This document shows, piece by piece, positions 9,261-17,195 of a stretch of DNA of 64,000 bases. The position numbers were made by a program, and so were the translations under genes. The notes beneath the pieces are model-generated. The model did no database searches. It was not told where the DNA came from and was given only the letters and a program-made list of their open reading frames with translations. This DNA comes from Dehalococcoidia bacterium (GTDB lineage Bacteria > Chloroflexota > Dehalococcoidia > Lucifugimonadales > UBA2985). The DNA lies in contig OZ244718.1 in the NCBI GenBank assembly GCA_965218945.1, positions 1,981,700 to 2,045,699 on the forward strand, given 5' to 3'. Within the stretch, counting starts at the first letter, position 1; every line of letters begins with the position of its first letter.

Positions 9261-9517
9261 GGGGCCATGGGCGGAGATGGACGGGATGTACTGTCATACC
9301 CGTGTACAGGGATTTGCGCCGACGCCCAAGAGGGCGGTCTGGGGCAGGTTTGAACGTGAAATGGCCGCAAAAGAGGGAGGTGGGAGCCGGGTTTGCGAAC
9401 GCTCTGGTGAAGGGGCTGGTTCCGGTCACTGAAAGGGAGACCGCCCAGAGGGAGGCCGGCATTGCTGCTACATCGGAGCAAGCAATTGGACGAGGAGGCC
9501 GGAATCCCGGGTATTCT

Positions 9518-10274
9518 CTATACGGGTTGGTGTGATATCCAAGCCTGTTGTAGACATACCAAGGCTACCGAATCCCGTAGGACCTCTTCACTCTTGCTGT
9601 ATCCCTTTGTCCTACGTATCAATCTATTCAGCTTACTCCTCAATACTGAGTGCTTTCCCTCATTCCGATTCGCCTCACGACCCTTGCCAACCACGTGCCG
9701 GTTGGCTGGCAGCCACTCATACACCCTGTACCCGTCGCTGACATGCCTGGCAGCATCCGGCAGTCGGTTGTAAAGCCTGAGGAATGTATCCTCGCTCCGG
9801 TCTCCCACTTCAAAGTCCATCCATCTGCTGCCGTCCTCCTCCTCTATCACCGCCGTCCATATCCAACGCTCCCGCCTAATCTCCCGTCGTCTCGCTCCCA
9901 CGTAAGTCCACATCTCGTCCCAGGATATGACTCTGGCCCTCGGCTGCTCCGGCCTCCGAATTGCTCTCTGCTGACGCAGCATAGCTGCCAACTCCATTGC
10001 CTGCCTGGCTTTTTTTGACCCAGGAATACACGGTTCCCAGCTTGATGTCTAGCACCCTGGCTATGGCAGATATGCTGCTACCTTCACCATACATGCTCAG
10101 AGCCCGCCTCTTGATCTCCTCTGAGTAGTAGTGACGATTCCCATCAGGTGTGGACCGATATTTACAATCACCACAACGATATGTCTGTTTACCACGGGAG
10201 CGTCCATATTTGGGCAGCCAGTTGGAGCCACAGTGGGGACAGCGCAGGTCGTGGCGATAAACACGTTGCGCCAT
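9518..10274 (-). CDS. IS1-family transposase, split into InsA-like (9876..10274) and InsB-like (9518..9997) ORFs
   Basis: InsA part: zinc-finger CPHCGS...CGDCKY plus HTH (SISAIARVLDIKLGTVYSWVKK). InsB part: WDEMWTYVG...W..V... DDE region. The InsB frame is +1 relative to InsA. Confidence 0.85.
10010..10016 (-). promoter_or_regulatory. A7 homopolymer at the InsA/InsB frame junction (slippage/recoding or indel site)
   Basis: The minus strand reads GTC AAA AAA AGC. Removing one A fuses InsA to the InsB frame (..VKKARQAMELAAML..). Confidence 0.5.
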
Positions 10275-10515
10275 TAGCTTACCACCCGCATTTATACTAG
10301 AATTGACTCATTCTATTTCATACCAACACCTGTAGAGAATACCGAGGAGAGAACAGCCTTGACACCTGGTATCCCTCACCTCCAGAATTCAAACATCCAT
10401 CAAGTCGATGCACTCTCGCCTTGCCATTGACGGGGCATCGGGAGCACGGCGTCTCGCCAGCACGGAATTGTTATGCCTCTAGGCAGGAACCCGCCGTGAA
10501 ATGAGGAGGAATCTT

Positions 10516-12534
10516 ATGACTTTAGCCCCCGAATCTTCGGAACAGCGCCCCTACTGGTTCGTAGGCGCATCCTACGGCGGCACTGATGACCGAACCGCCG
10601 AGTTCCTCAAGCAAGGAATCTGGCGTAATGGCTGGCAAAATAGACACTTGGATCACGTAAGGTCGATGCAGCCAGGTGACCGCATTGCAATCAAATACAG
10701 CACTACTCGAAAGCACAACCTCCCATTCGATGCCGGTGGAAGAAGCGTTTCAGTGATGGGGATAAAAGCGGTCGGAACGGTCATGAGTAACTTGGGAGAC
10801 GGACGTACTGTTGGAGTCGACTGGATTCCAGTAGATCCACCTCGTGAATGGTATTTTTACACTCACCGGGGAACAGTATGGCGAGTCATCCCCGGGTCGG
10901 GAACACTTCCCTGGGCAGCCGAAGGACTGATTGGCTTTGCTTTTGAGGGCAGGCCTCAGGATTATGACCGATTCCTAGCGCATTGGTATAGTGGTGAGGC
11001 ATCCCCTCCCCCATCCACTCCTTGGGACGAATTTATCGAACTGGCGAGACAATACGTTAACAGCGGACGTCTGGATGAAGAAGAAATCAGCTACAAGCTC
11101 AACGTAGGTGAGTTGGTGGCAAACGCGCGACATGCAGTCCTGGCCGGCGCCGATGATTGGATTGATCGGCTAAAGGCTGCAATATTCGGCACACACAACC
11201 TAACTACACACTATCAAGCCTATTGGTTCGAGCGATGGGTTGATGCGAGCCCTGACAACGCCATGAGGGCGCTGAATATTCTGTGGGTGGACGATGACCA
11301 ATCGGTAGTAGACCGAATTCGTGCCTTCAGCAGGCTACTCTCCGATTATGAGCTGAGGGGCACTGGCACCCGTATGAACGTGATTTCTATCTTGCTTTTG
11401 GGGCTGGACGCAGAGCGGTACCCGCCCTTCAGGACTAGATGGCTGAGCAAGACCTACAGCCGTCTTGATTATGCACATCCCGAAGCAGACGCTGACGAAG
11501 CCGCGGTCTATGAGCACTCCCTTGGATTCTTTGACCGCTTCATCGAGGAATCTGCAAGGCGCGGTCTCACCTTGCGACATAGATTAGATGCTCAATCCGT
11601 TGCTTGGGCCATTCACCAGAATCGCCAAGAAACGTCATCAGAAGTGCTGCCGCGTACATTGGCCTCACTTTCCGACGACTTGCTACTTCCGGTAGATTTC
11701 CTCGAAGAAATCAAGGAACTGCTCGACGAAAAGAAACAGATCGTCTTTCAAGGCCCTCCAGGTACCGGCAAGACCTTCGTAGCACTAGCATTGGCGAATT
11801 TCCTTGCCGGCTCGAAGGAGCGTGTTACGCTCGTGCAGTTCCATGCTTCCTACGCCTACGAGGACTTTATACAAGGATACCGGCCTGTTTTAGGAGACAA
11901 CCAGCAGCCCGGGTTCGCGCTCACCGACGGACCTCTCATTCGAGCAGCGGAGGCGGCACGAGATGAGCCACAGGAGAAGCATTACCTCGTCATCGACGAA
12001 ATAAACCGCGGCAATCTCGCAAAGGTATTTGGAGAGTTGTTCTTCCTGCTGGAGTACCGCAACCGAGATATTCGCTTGCAGTACCAGGGTGACGAGGATG
12101 AGGACTTCTCCCTACCCGAAAACCTCTACATTATCGGGACGATGAATACGGCTGACCGATCGATCGCGCTGGTGGATCTCGCACTGCGCAGGCGGTTCTA
12201 TTTTGTAGAGTTCGCTGCTGATGATGGCCCTATCAAGGGGCTATTGCGCCGCTGGCTCGACGCGAATGAACTTGGCCACATGGAATGGGTGGCCGACGTC
12301 ATCGACCTGGCAAATCAGAAATTGAGCGACCAGAACGCCGCAATTGGGCCGAGCTACTTCATGAAGAAGGGGAAGGAAGGCAATCCCGACCTGAACGAAG
12401 ATGAAGTCAAGCGCATATGGAAGCACAGTATCCTCCCCTATATCGAGGAGCGCCGCTTCGGAGACCGCGATGTTCGCGAGGAGTTTGACCTTGAAAAGCT
12501 GCGCCGCGAGGCAACCCGCAGCGGCGATCAGTAG
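10516..12534 (+). CDS. mcrB: McrB-family AAA+ GTPase with a non-canonical PUA/EVE-like N-terminal domain
   Basis: Walker A GPPGTGKT, Walker B YLVIDEINRGN, McrB-specific IIGTMNTADRS and RRRF. ATG at 10516 follows AGGAGG (the ORF track starts at 10501). The N-terminal 130 aa (PYWFVGASYGG...MQPGDRIAIKY...GIKAVGTVMS) resembles PUA/EVE/ASCH topology; this is inference. Confidence 0.88.
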   Translation: MTLAPESSEQRPYWFVGASYGGTDDRTAEFLKQGIWRNGWQNRHLDHVRSMQPGDRIAIKYSTTRKHNLPFDAGGRSVSVMGIKAVGTVMSNLGDGRTVGVDWIPVDPPREWYFYTHRGTVWRVIPGSGTLPWAAEGLIGFAFEGRPQDYDRFLAHWYSGEASPPPSTPWDEFIELARQYVNSGRLDEEEISYKLNVGELVANARHAVLAGADDWIDRLKAAIFGTHNLTTHYQAYWFERWVDASPDNAMRALNILWVDDDQSVVDRIRAFSRLLSDYELRGTGTRMNVISILLLGLDAERYPPFRTRWLSKTYSRLDYAHPEADADEAAVYEHSLGFFDRFIEESARRGLTLRHRLDAQSVAWAIHQNRQETSSEVLPRTLASLSDDLLLPVDFLEEIKELLDEKKQIVFQGPPGTGKTFVALALANFLAGSKERVTLVQFHASYAYEDFIQGYRPVLGDNQQPGFALTDGPLIRAAEAARDEPQEKHYLVIDEINRGNLAKVFGELFFLLEYRNRDIRLQYQGDEDEDFSLPENLYIIGTMNTADRSIALVDLALRRRFYFVEFAADDGPIKGLLRRWLDANELGHMEWVADVIDLANQKLSDQNAAIGPSYFMKKGKEGNPDLNEDEVKRIWKHSILPYIEERRFGDRDVREEFDLEKLRREATRSGDQ

Positions 12535-12592
12535 CCCGCGGAGCCGGAGAACGCCAGCAGCAGCGATTTGGCCTCCGACGACGGCGGTGGCG

Positions 12593-13804
12593 ATGCGTCA
12601 GATTGACCTTCAAGAGGGTCAACGGAGCGTTCCGCACGCCCTCACAAAGGATCAGCGGGACGCGCTGCGGGAGATCAAATCTCTGGCTATCGACCGCGCC
12701 GACATCACGAGCTCGGAAGCCATGTACTACCTTACGCCCGGCTCGGAAGTCGGCGCGGTCGAAGTCGACGGCCTGTCTGTGCGCATTGAGCCGAAGATAG
12801 GCGTCCCGCAACTGCTCTCACTGGCGTGCTATGTGGTGGACAGAGTCAAGCTCCAACCCAGTGAATTCGACTTCCATAGTGACGCGGCTCTCCCAGACTA
12901 CCTGGCTCTTGCACTCATCTCGGCAGCGCGCCGGGCATTCTCGCGCGGGTTGCTGCGTGGGTACCTCACGCGAGAGGAGGCGATGTACACTGTGCGCGGG
13001 CGGATCCGGTTTGACGAACAGATGCGCCGCAGATTGGGCATTCCCATGCCAGTCGAAGTGCGGCATGACGAATTCACGGATGACATCACAGCGAACCGGC
13101 TTGTAAAGGCGGCGGTGCGTTTGTTGGGAATGATGCGACTGCGATCACCTGTAGCCCGCAATGGCCTAGTGCGAATCGCGGCGACGCTCGACAACGTGTC
13201 GCTTGTCGATTTCCCTTCAAGGAACGTGCCGAACGTCGAGTTCGACCGTTTGAACACGCACTACCGGGAGGTCGTCGCGCTATCGAGGATGGTCCTGCAG
13301 CATAGCGCATATCAGCTAGAGCGGGGAACCGTGCGTGCATCCGGGTTGCTTGTGGACATGATCAAGCTCTTCCAGGATTTCGTAACGGTCGCGCTACGCG
13401 AGGAGTTAGGGATTTCCGAGGAGCGGTTCGGGGAAAGCGAAATCGCCACCCTGGATCTTCCAGCGACAGGTGAGCGCGGAAGGGTGCACCTCAGGCCCGA
13501 CCTCGTATGGTGGGACGGCTCTCGCTGCGTTTTCGTGGGCGACGTCAAGTACAAGAGGATAGATGACGAACGTGTGCGCAACTCCGACCTTTACCAGATG
13601 CTAGCCTACGTCACCGCGCTTGATTTGCCTGGCGGCCTTCTCATCTACGCAAAAGGCGAGGCAGAAGCAGCAAAGTATAAGGTTCGTCACGCTGGCAAAC
13701 TCCTGGAGGTGGACGCTCTCGACTTATCTGGCCCGCTCGAATGCGTGCTGCAACGTGTACGCGGTCTGGCGGAACGGGTTCGAGTATTACGCAACGCCGC
13801 GTAA
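12593..13804 (+). CDS. mcrC: McrC-family PD-(D/E)XK nuclease subunit
   Basis: Start taken at MRQIDLQEGQ (12593). C-terminal nuclease motif HLRPDLVWW...FVGDVKYK. Lies immediately downstream of mcrB. Confidence 0.85.
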   Translation: MRQIDLQEGQRSVPHALTKDQRDALREIKSLAIDRADITSSEAMYYLTPGSEVGAVEVDGLSVRIEPKIGVPQLLSLACYVVDRVKLQPSEFDFHSDAALPDYLALALISAARRAFSRGLLRGYLTREEAMYTVRGRIRFDEQMRRRLGIPMPVEVRHDEFTDDITANRLVKAAVRLLGMMRLRSPVARNGLVRIAATLDNVSLVDFPSRNVPNVEFDRLNTHYREVVALSRMVLQHSAYQLERGTVRASGLLVDMIKLFQDFVTVALREELGISEERFGESEIATLDLPATGERGRVHLRPDLVWWDGSRCVFVGDVKYKRIDDERVRNSDLYQMLAYVTALDLPGGLLIYAKGEAEAAKYKVRHAGKLLEVDALDLSGPLECVLQRVRGLAERVRVLRNAA

Positions 13805-14008
13805 CCTAAACTGAGGCTTCCCACCCACGGCGGCGACCTGATGAGTGAAGCAGCGACGGGCCCACCCGAAGAGGCTCGAACTCTCGGTAGGGATCACGGT
13901 GTCAAGGCTCACAGGGCCCCCAAACACATCTCGAAGACAGTTCTGTCTACCGTCCACTTAGGCCCTCGGACGTAGTCCAAAGAAGAAGCAGAATGGGGAG
14001 GTAGGACT

Positions 14009-14239
14009 ATGGAAGCAAGTAAGCAGATAGAGGACTCTTACCCGGAGCTCTTCCCGAAGGATTTCGGCGAGTGGCTGGAGCGGCTCAGGGAGCTCGCCGG
14101 CCTGTCGTGGGAGGAATTCGCCGTGCGACTCAGCGCCGATGATGACCGTGTGATGGAGTGGCGCAAGGGTTCGGTTCCCTCCGGGGGGGAGGTGTGGTAC
14201 ATCATGCATCTGGCGTCGACGGTTCCCGGAGGGGTCTAG
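14009..14239 (+). CDS. Small XRE-type helix-turn-helix protein
   Basis: 76 aa; FGEWLERLRELAGLSWEEFAVRLSADDDRVMEWRKG fits the HTH_XRE pattern; GGGGAGG RBS. Confidence 0.55.
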   Translation: MEASKQIEDSYPELFPKDFGEWLERLRELAGLSWEEFAVRLSADDDRVMEWRKGSVPSGGEVWYIMHLASTVPGGV

Positions 14240-14599
14240 GCAATGCTTATTGAGGCCACCGAGGACTACTGAAGGGCGGAGTAGCGACGCGTCCGCTGAC
14301 GGGGACATCAGGCCTCCGGCCTGAGCGGGTCCTCAAGTGTTGTCACTGTCAGTCTTCTCTATGGGTCAACCGCCCATGAGTACCGTACGTTTCCGTAGCT
14401 ATTGAGTCCAGAGAGTGAAGGTTCTGGATTTCGTCTAGGGTGGTGAACCTCGCCGATACGAATTCGCGAGGCACGCCAAGTCCATCTCCACTTCGTCTGA
14501 CACACCCTGAGTGCTATAGTGACACTGCCCAAGAGGACTTGAAGACATTTAACAGATTACCCCGCCGGCGTCGCGGCATCGAGGAGAGGAAGTGCATTC

Positions 14600-14848
14600 G
14601 TGAAGATTCTTGGGATGTTGGCATTTGGGATAGCGGTGGACATACTTCTGTGGCCTGTAACCAACCAAATCTGGAGCGAGTTGATTCATAAGGTGCTTCT
14701 TGAACAGGCAAGAGACACAGATCTGGCGTACAGGACTGCCCTGTACGCTCTAGACTTAGGAATGGCTTTGGCCTTAATCGCCGGCATCGGTTTTTTGGTG
14801 GCTGCGGCCTGCGTGCAAACCGTCGCTAGTGCGCTGTCGCGGAGATGA
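14600..14848 (+). CDS. Hypothetical 2-TM membrane peptide
   Basis: 82 aa, GTG start after GAGGAGAGGAAG; two hydrophobic helices flank an amphipathic linker. Confidence 0.4.
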   Translation: MKILGMLAFGIAVDILLWPVTNQIWSELIHKVLLEQARDTDLAYRTALYALDLGMALALIAGIGFLVAAACVQTVASALSRR

Positions 14849-14951
14849 GCAGTCGGTGTCCAGATTGGCGAAGCACGACGATTTCACGGGAACGGGCTAG
14901 ACTTCGCCACCAAGTATGACATCAAGTACCGCATGGCCCAGGAGGGGTGAA

Positions 14952-16067
14952 ATGAGAAATCGCAGCGTGCCACCGCACATTCCCAATCGTTTGAAGAGTG
15001 CCATCAAGAGGAGCACCGAACCTATCAAGGCAGAGGAACGGCGAAAGGGTGTCTGCCTCTACGTAACCGGCGAGAATGGGAAACGTTGCGGGAACCCTGT
15101 GGGCAACAATTGCCACTTCGTTCCCGAATCTGCTGTCTTGGACGAGCTAAAGGATCGGCAGTCCAACAAGGTGCTTGAATTGCGGTGGGGCACGGCTCGA
15201 TGGGAACATTACTACGCGATGAGCAGTGCGACCAATCCAATTACACCGAACAATTTGGAGGCGTTCGAACCACAACTCGTGGCGCCTAGTCAAGCTTGTG
15301 TCGGTCGATTCGCGTGCAAGTGCACTCAGCCGGACCACGATAACGAGTTCAGCCTCATAGATGTCAAAGAACTTGATTTTGACGACCCTAGAGTACCCGT
15401 CTTGTCAATGTATCGGGCAGCTCTCTATGAGGCTGACTTATGCCGCCTGGGCAAGCGATTGGCGGAGCAGCACAGCCAACAGGCCTTGCGGCGCCCTCAA
15501 ATGGAGGTTCGAGTCTATTGGAATAGGCTGAGGGCCGCTTTGCAGAGTAGGACGCAATGGTCGGAAGCCACGTCAGAGCGGCTTGGCAAGATCTGGCATC
15601 GCTGGAAAACCGAAGGGAAGCTCGACGCCGATGCTGTTTCGGTGCGTGAACTGATTTTTCGCTCAAGCCTCAAATTTTCAGCCTGCGTGTTCGAGTACGA
15701 GAAGTACATCAGCATTACTGTGTCCCCCCTCGGAGGAAACCGGCACAAGATGGGAGTACTACATCTGTCTGATGACACTGAAGCGGCTAATGTAGCCATT
15801 GAGCGGCTGAGCCGAGTCGCAACTGAAACTGAGAACGCCACCAACTATGGAGTGAATGTGCTGAAGGACCTGATGACATATGGGGCAGGCAGCGTAGCCG
15901 CTTCGCCTGAGTCCTACCATGGATTGCCTATCGAGGAACAGCGAATGATCAACGGAATCGTGGCTGATGCTTCCGGCGCTGGGATACTCGCACACTCGTC
16001 TGGGTCTGAACGGCCGATGCCCAAAGGCGCAGTGCGAACCTATCAGCGGGGTAGGCGCGGGCGTTGA
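14952..16067 (+). CDS. Hypothetical Cys/His-rich protein (possible His-Me-finger/HNH-like N-terminus)
   Basis: Start taken at MRNRS (14952) after AGGAGGGG. N-terminal C-x10-C-x7-CH-FVPES...SNKVLEL...WEH spacing, second Cys cluster CVGRFACKCTQPDHD. The remaining 250 aa have no recognisable family. Confidence 0.5.
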   Translation: MRNRSVPPHIPNRLKSAIKRSTEPIKAEERRKGVCLYVTGENGKRCGNPVGNNCHFVPESAVLDELKDRQSNKVLELRWGTARWEHYYAMSSATNPITPNNLEAFEPQLVAPSQACVGRFACKCTQPDHDNEFSLIDVKELDFDDPRVPVLSMYRAALYEADLCRLGKRLAEQHSQQALRRPQMEVRVYWNRLRAALQSRTQWSEATSERLGKIWHRWKTEGKLDADAVSVRELIFRSSLKFSACVFEYEKYISITVSPLGGNRHKMGVLHLSDDTEAANVAIERLSRVATETENATNYGVNVLKDLMTYGAGSVAASPESYHGLPIEEQRMINGIVADASGAGILAHSSGSERPMPKGAVRTYQRGRRGR

Positions 16068-16206
16068 GCGCCAGATGTGGCGACAAGGGTAGAGAAGGCA
16101 TAGCATGACCATGCAAGATGCATCCTTCAACAACGAGATGCTAGAGGCTCTCGTGGGTATGGATGAGGGGCCGACACTGGACTTCAAGCGAGACGGAGCG
16201 TGACCC

Positions 16207-17045
16207 GTGCCAGACGATAGGTTCAATGAGTACTGCGAGGCTTTACTCGCACAGTACACTCGAAGGAACACGCAGACCGTCACTCAGCGCTTGGAAAGCC
16301 TGTGCGAGTTCCTCAGGCAGAAGGGCAATGTCGTGCAGACCATGTTCGGCGGTTCCGTCAAGAAGGGCACGTATGTGACCGGCCTCAGTGACGTCGATGT
16401 TCTTCTGATAGTAAGCGAGTCCTCTCTAGTGAGCCAATCCCCCTCGGATGTCATAGAGTTCGTACGGGACACCATTCAGCGACGGCTTCCTCAGAATCGG
16501 GTAACTGCGGGCAAACTGGCTGTGACAGTCAGCTACGCCAATGGGACCGAGATTCAGCTACTGCCCTCCATACGACAAGGACTGGCGGCGTTCGGATTGC
16601 CGAGCCCGGAAGCACCCAGTGGAGCAACGTGGCGCATCCCGAGAAATTCGCTGAGAAGCTCGCCGAGGTCAACATGGCGAGGGATGGCAGAGTCGTACCG
16701 GTAGTCAAGTTAGCCAAGGCAATGGCGGACTGTTTCATCAGCCGTCCAAGCAGGAAGATTAGCGGCTATCACATGGAGTCCCTGGCAATCGACGCATTCA
16801 GCAACTACCGGGGCCCGCTTGACCCGAAGGCTATGCTCGTTCACTTCCTGGGGCACTCCATAGAGGCGGTAAAGCAGCCCATCACCGATTCAACAGGACA
16901 GTCGAGATATGTAGACGAATACCTATGCACAGCTGATTCCCCACTCCGAAGGCGCGCCTCAACCTACTTTGGACAGATGCGGAGCAGGGTCAACCGTAGT
17001 AGGACCAGGGCCGAGTTCAACGCACTGTTCTGCATAGGGGACTAG
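16207..17045 (+). pseudogene. CD-NTase/SMODS-like nucleotidyltransferase, disrupted by a frameshift
   Basis: N-terminal helix then GGSVKKGTYVTGLSDVDVLLIV (GS...DxD NTase core). The reading frame switches near 16579-16582: ORF 16207..16704, then ORF 16629..17045 in the -1 frame. Restoring one nt gives ...LLPSIRQGTGGVRIAEPGSTQWSNVAHPEKFAEKL... Confidence 0.7.
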
Positions 17046-17060
17046 GGAGACGAGCGCGGC

Positions 17061-17195
17061 ATGGTGAGCGTGGGAATTCTACCGAAGATCAAGTCGAATG
17101 GCAATTTCAGCCTGCTCGGCGAGCCGCTGACTGAGCTCAGGGGATTTCTTGGACTCTTTGCTGAAGCTGACACCCTAAAGAGCGCCACAAGATGA
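17061..17195 (+). CDS. Candidate 44-aa ORF coupled to the STAND NTPase gene
   Basis: Own translation: MVSVGILPKIKSNGNFSLLGEPLTELRGFLGLFAEADTLKSATR. Its TGA overlaps the ATG of the next gene (ATGA at 17192..17195). Confidence 0.25.
   Translation: MVSVGILPKIKSNGNFSLLGEPLTELRGFLGLFAEADTLKSATR

Larger units (their letters stand above)
9510..10343 (-). mobile_element. IS1-family insertion sequence (about 834 bp)
   Basis: Imperfect terminal inverted repeats: GGTATTCTCTATACGGGTTGGTGTGATAT (9510..) versus the reverse complement of ...10343, GGTATTCTCTACAGGTGTTGGTATGAAAT (about 24/29). They enclose InsA- and InsB-like ORFs. No flanking direct repeat seen. Confidence 0.8.

Noticed and set aside
9330-9470. 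Cobalamin-riboswitch-like strings on the plus strand (GGTGGGAGCCGGG, GGTCACTG, AGGGAGACCGCCC resembling the B12 box).
   Set aside because: The order and spacing fit the consensus only loosely. No B12-related gene lies downstream (only IS1 and mcrB), and similar strings arise by chance in GC-rich DNA. An Infernal scan with RF00174 would settle it.
9491-10349. CGAGGAG at 9491..9497 and 10343..10349 as an IS1 target-site duplication.
   Set aside because: The left copy lies 12 nt outside the inverted repeat, so the geometry is inconsistent with a duplication. It is probably chance.
16201-16260. Selenocysteine recoding of the in-frame TGA upstream of the NTase (hairpin downstream, selA in the window).
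   Set aside because: There is no Cys/redox motif around the TGA. The hairpin loop lacks obvious SECIS features and lies rather far from the codon (loop about 37-42 nt downstream). The same gene also carries a frameshift, so decay is the simpler explanation.
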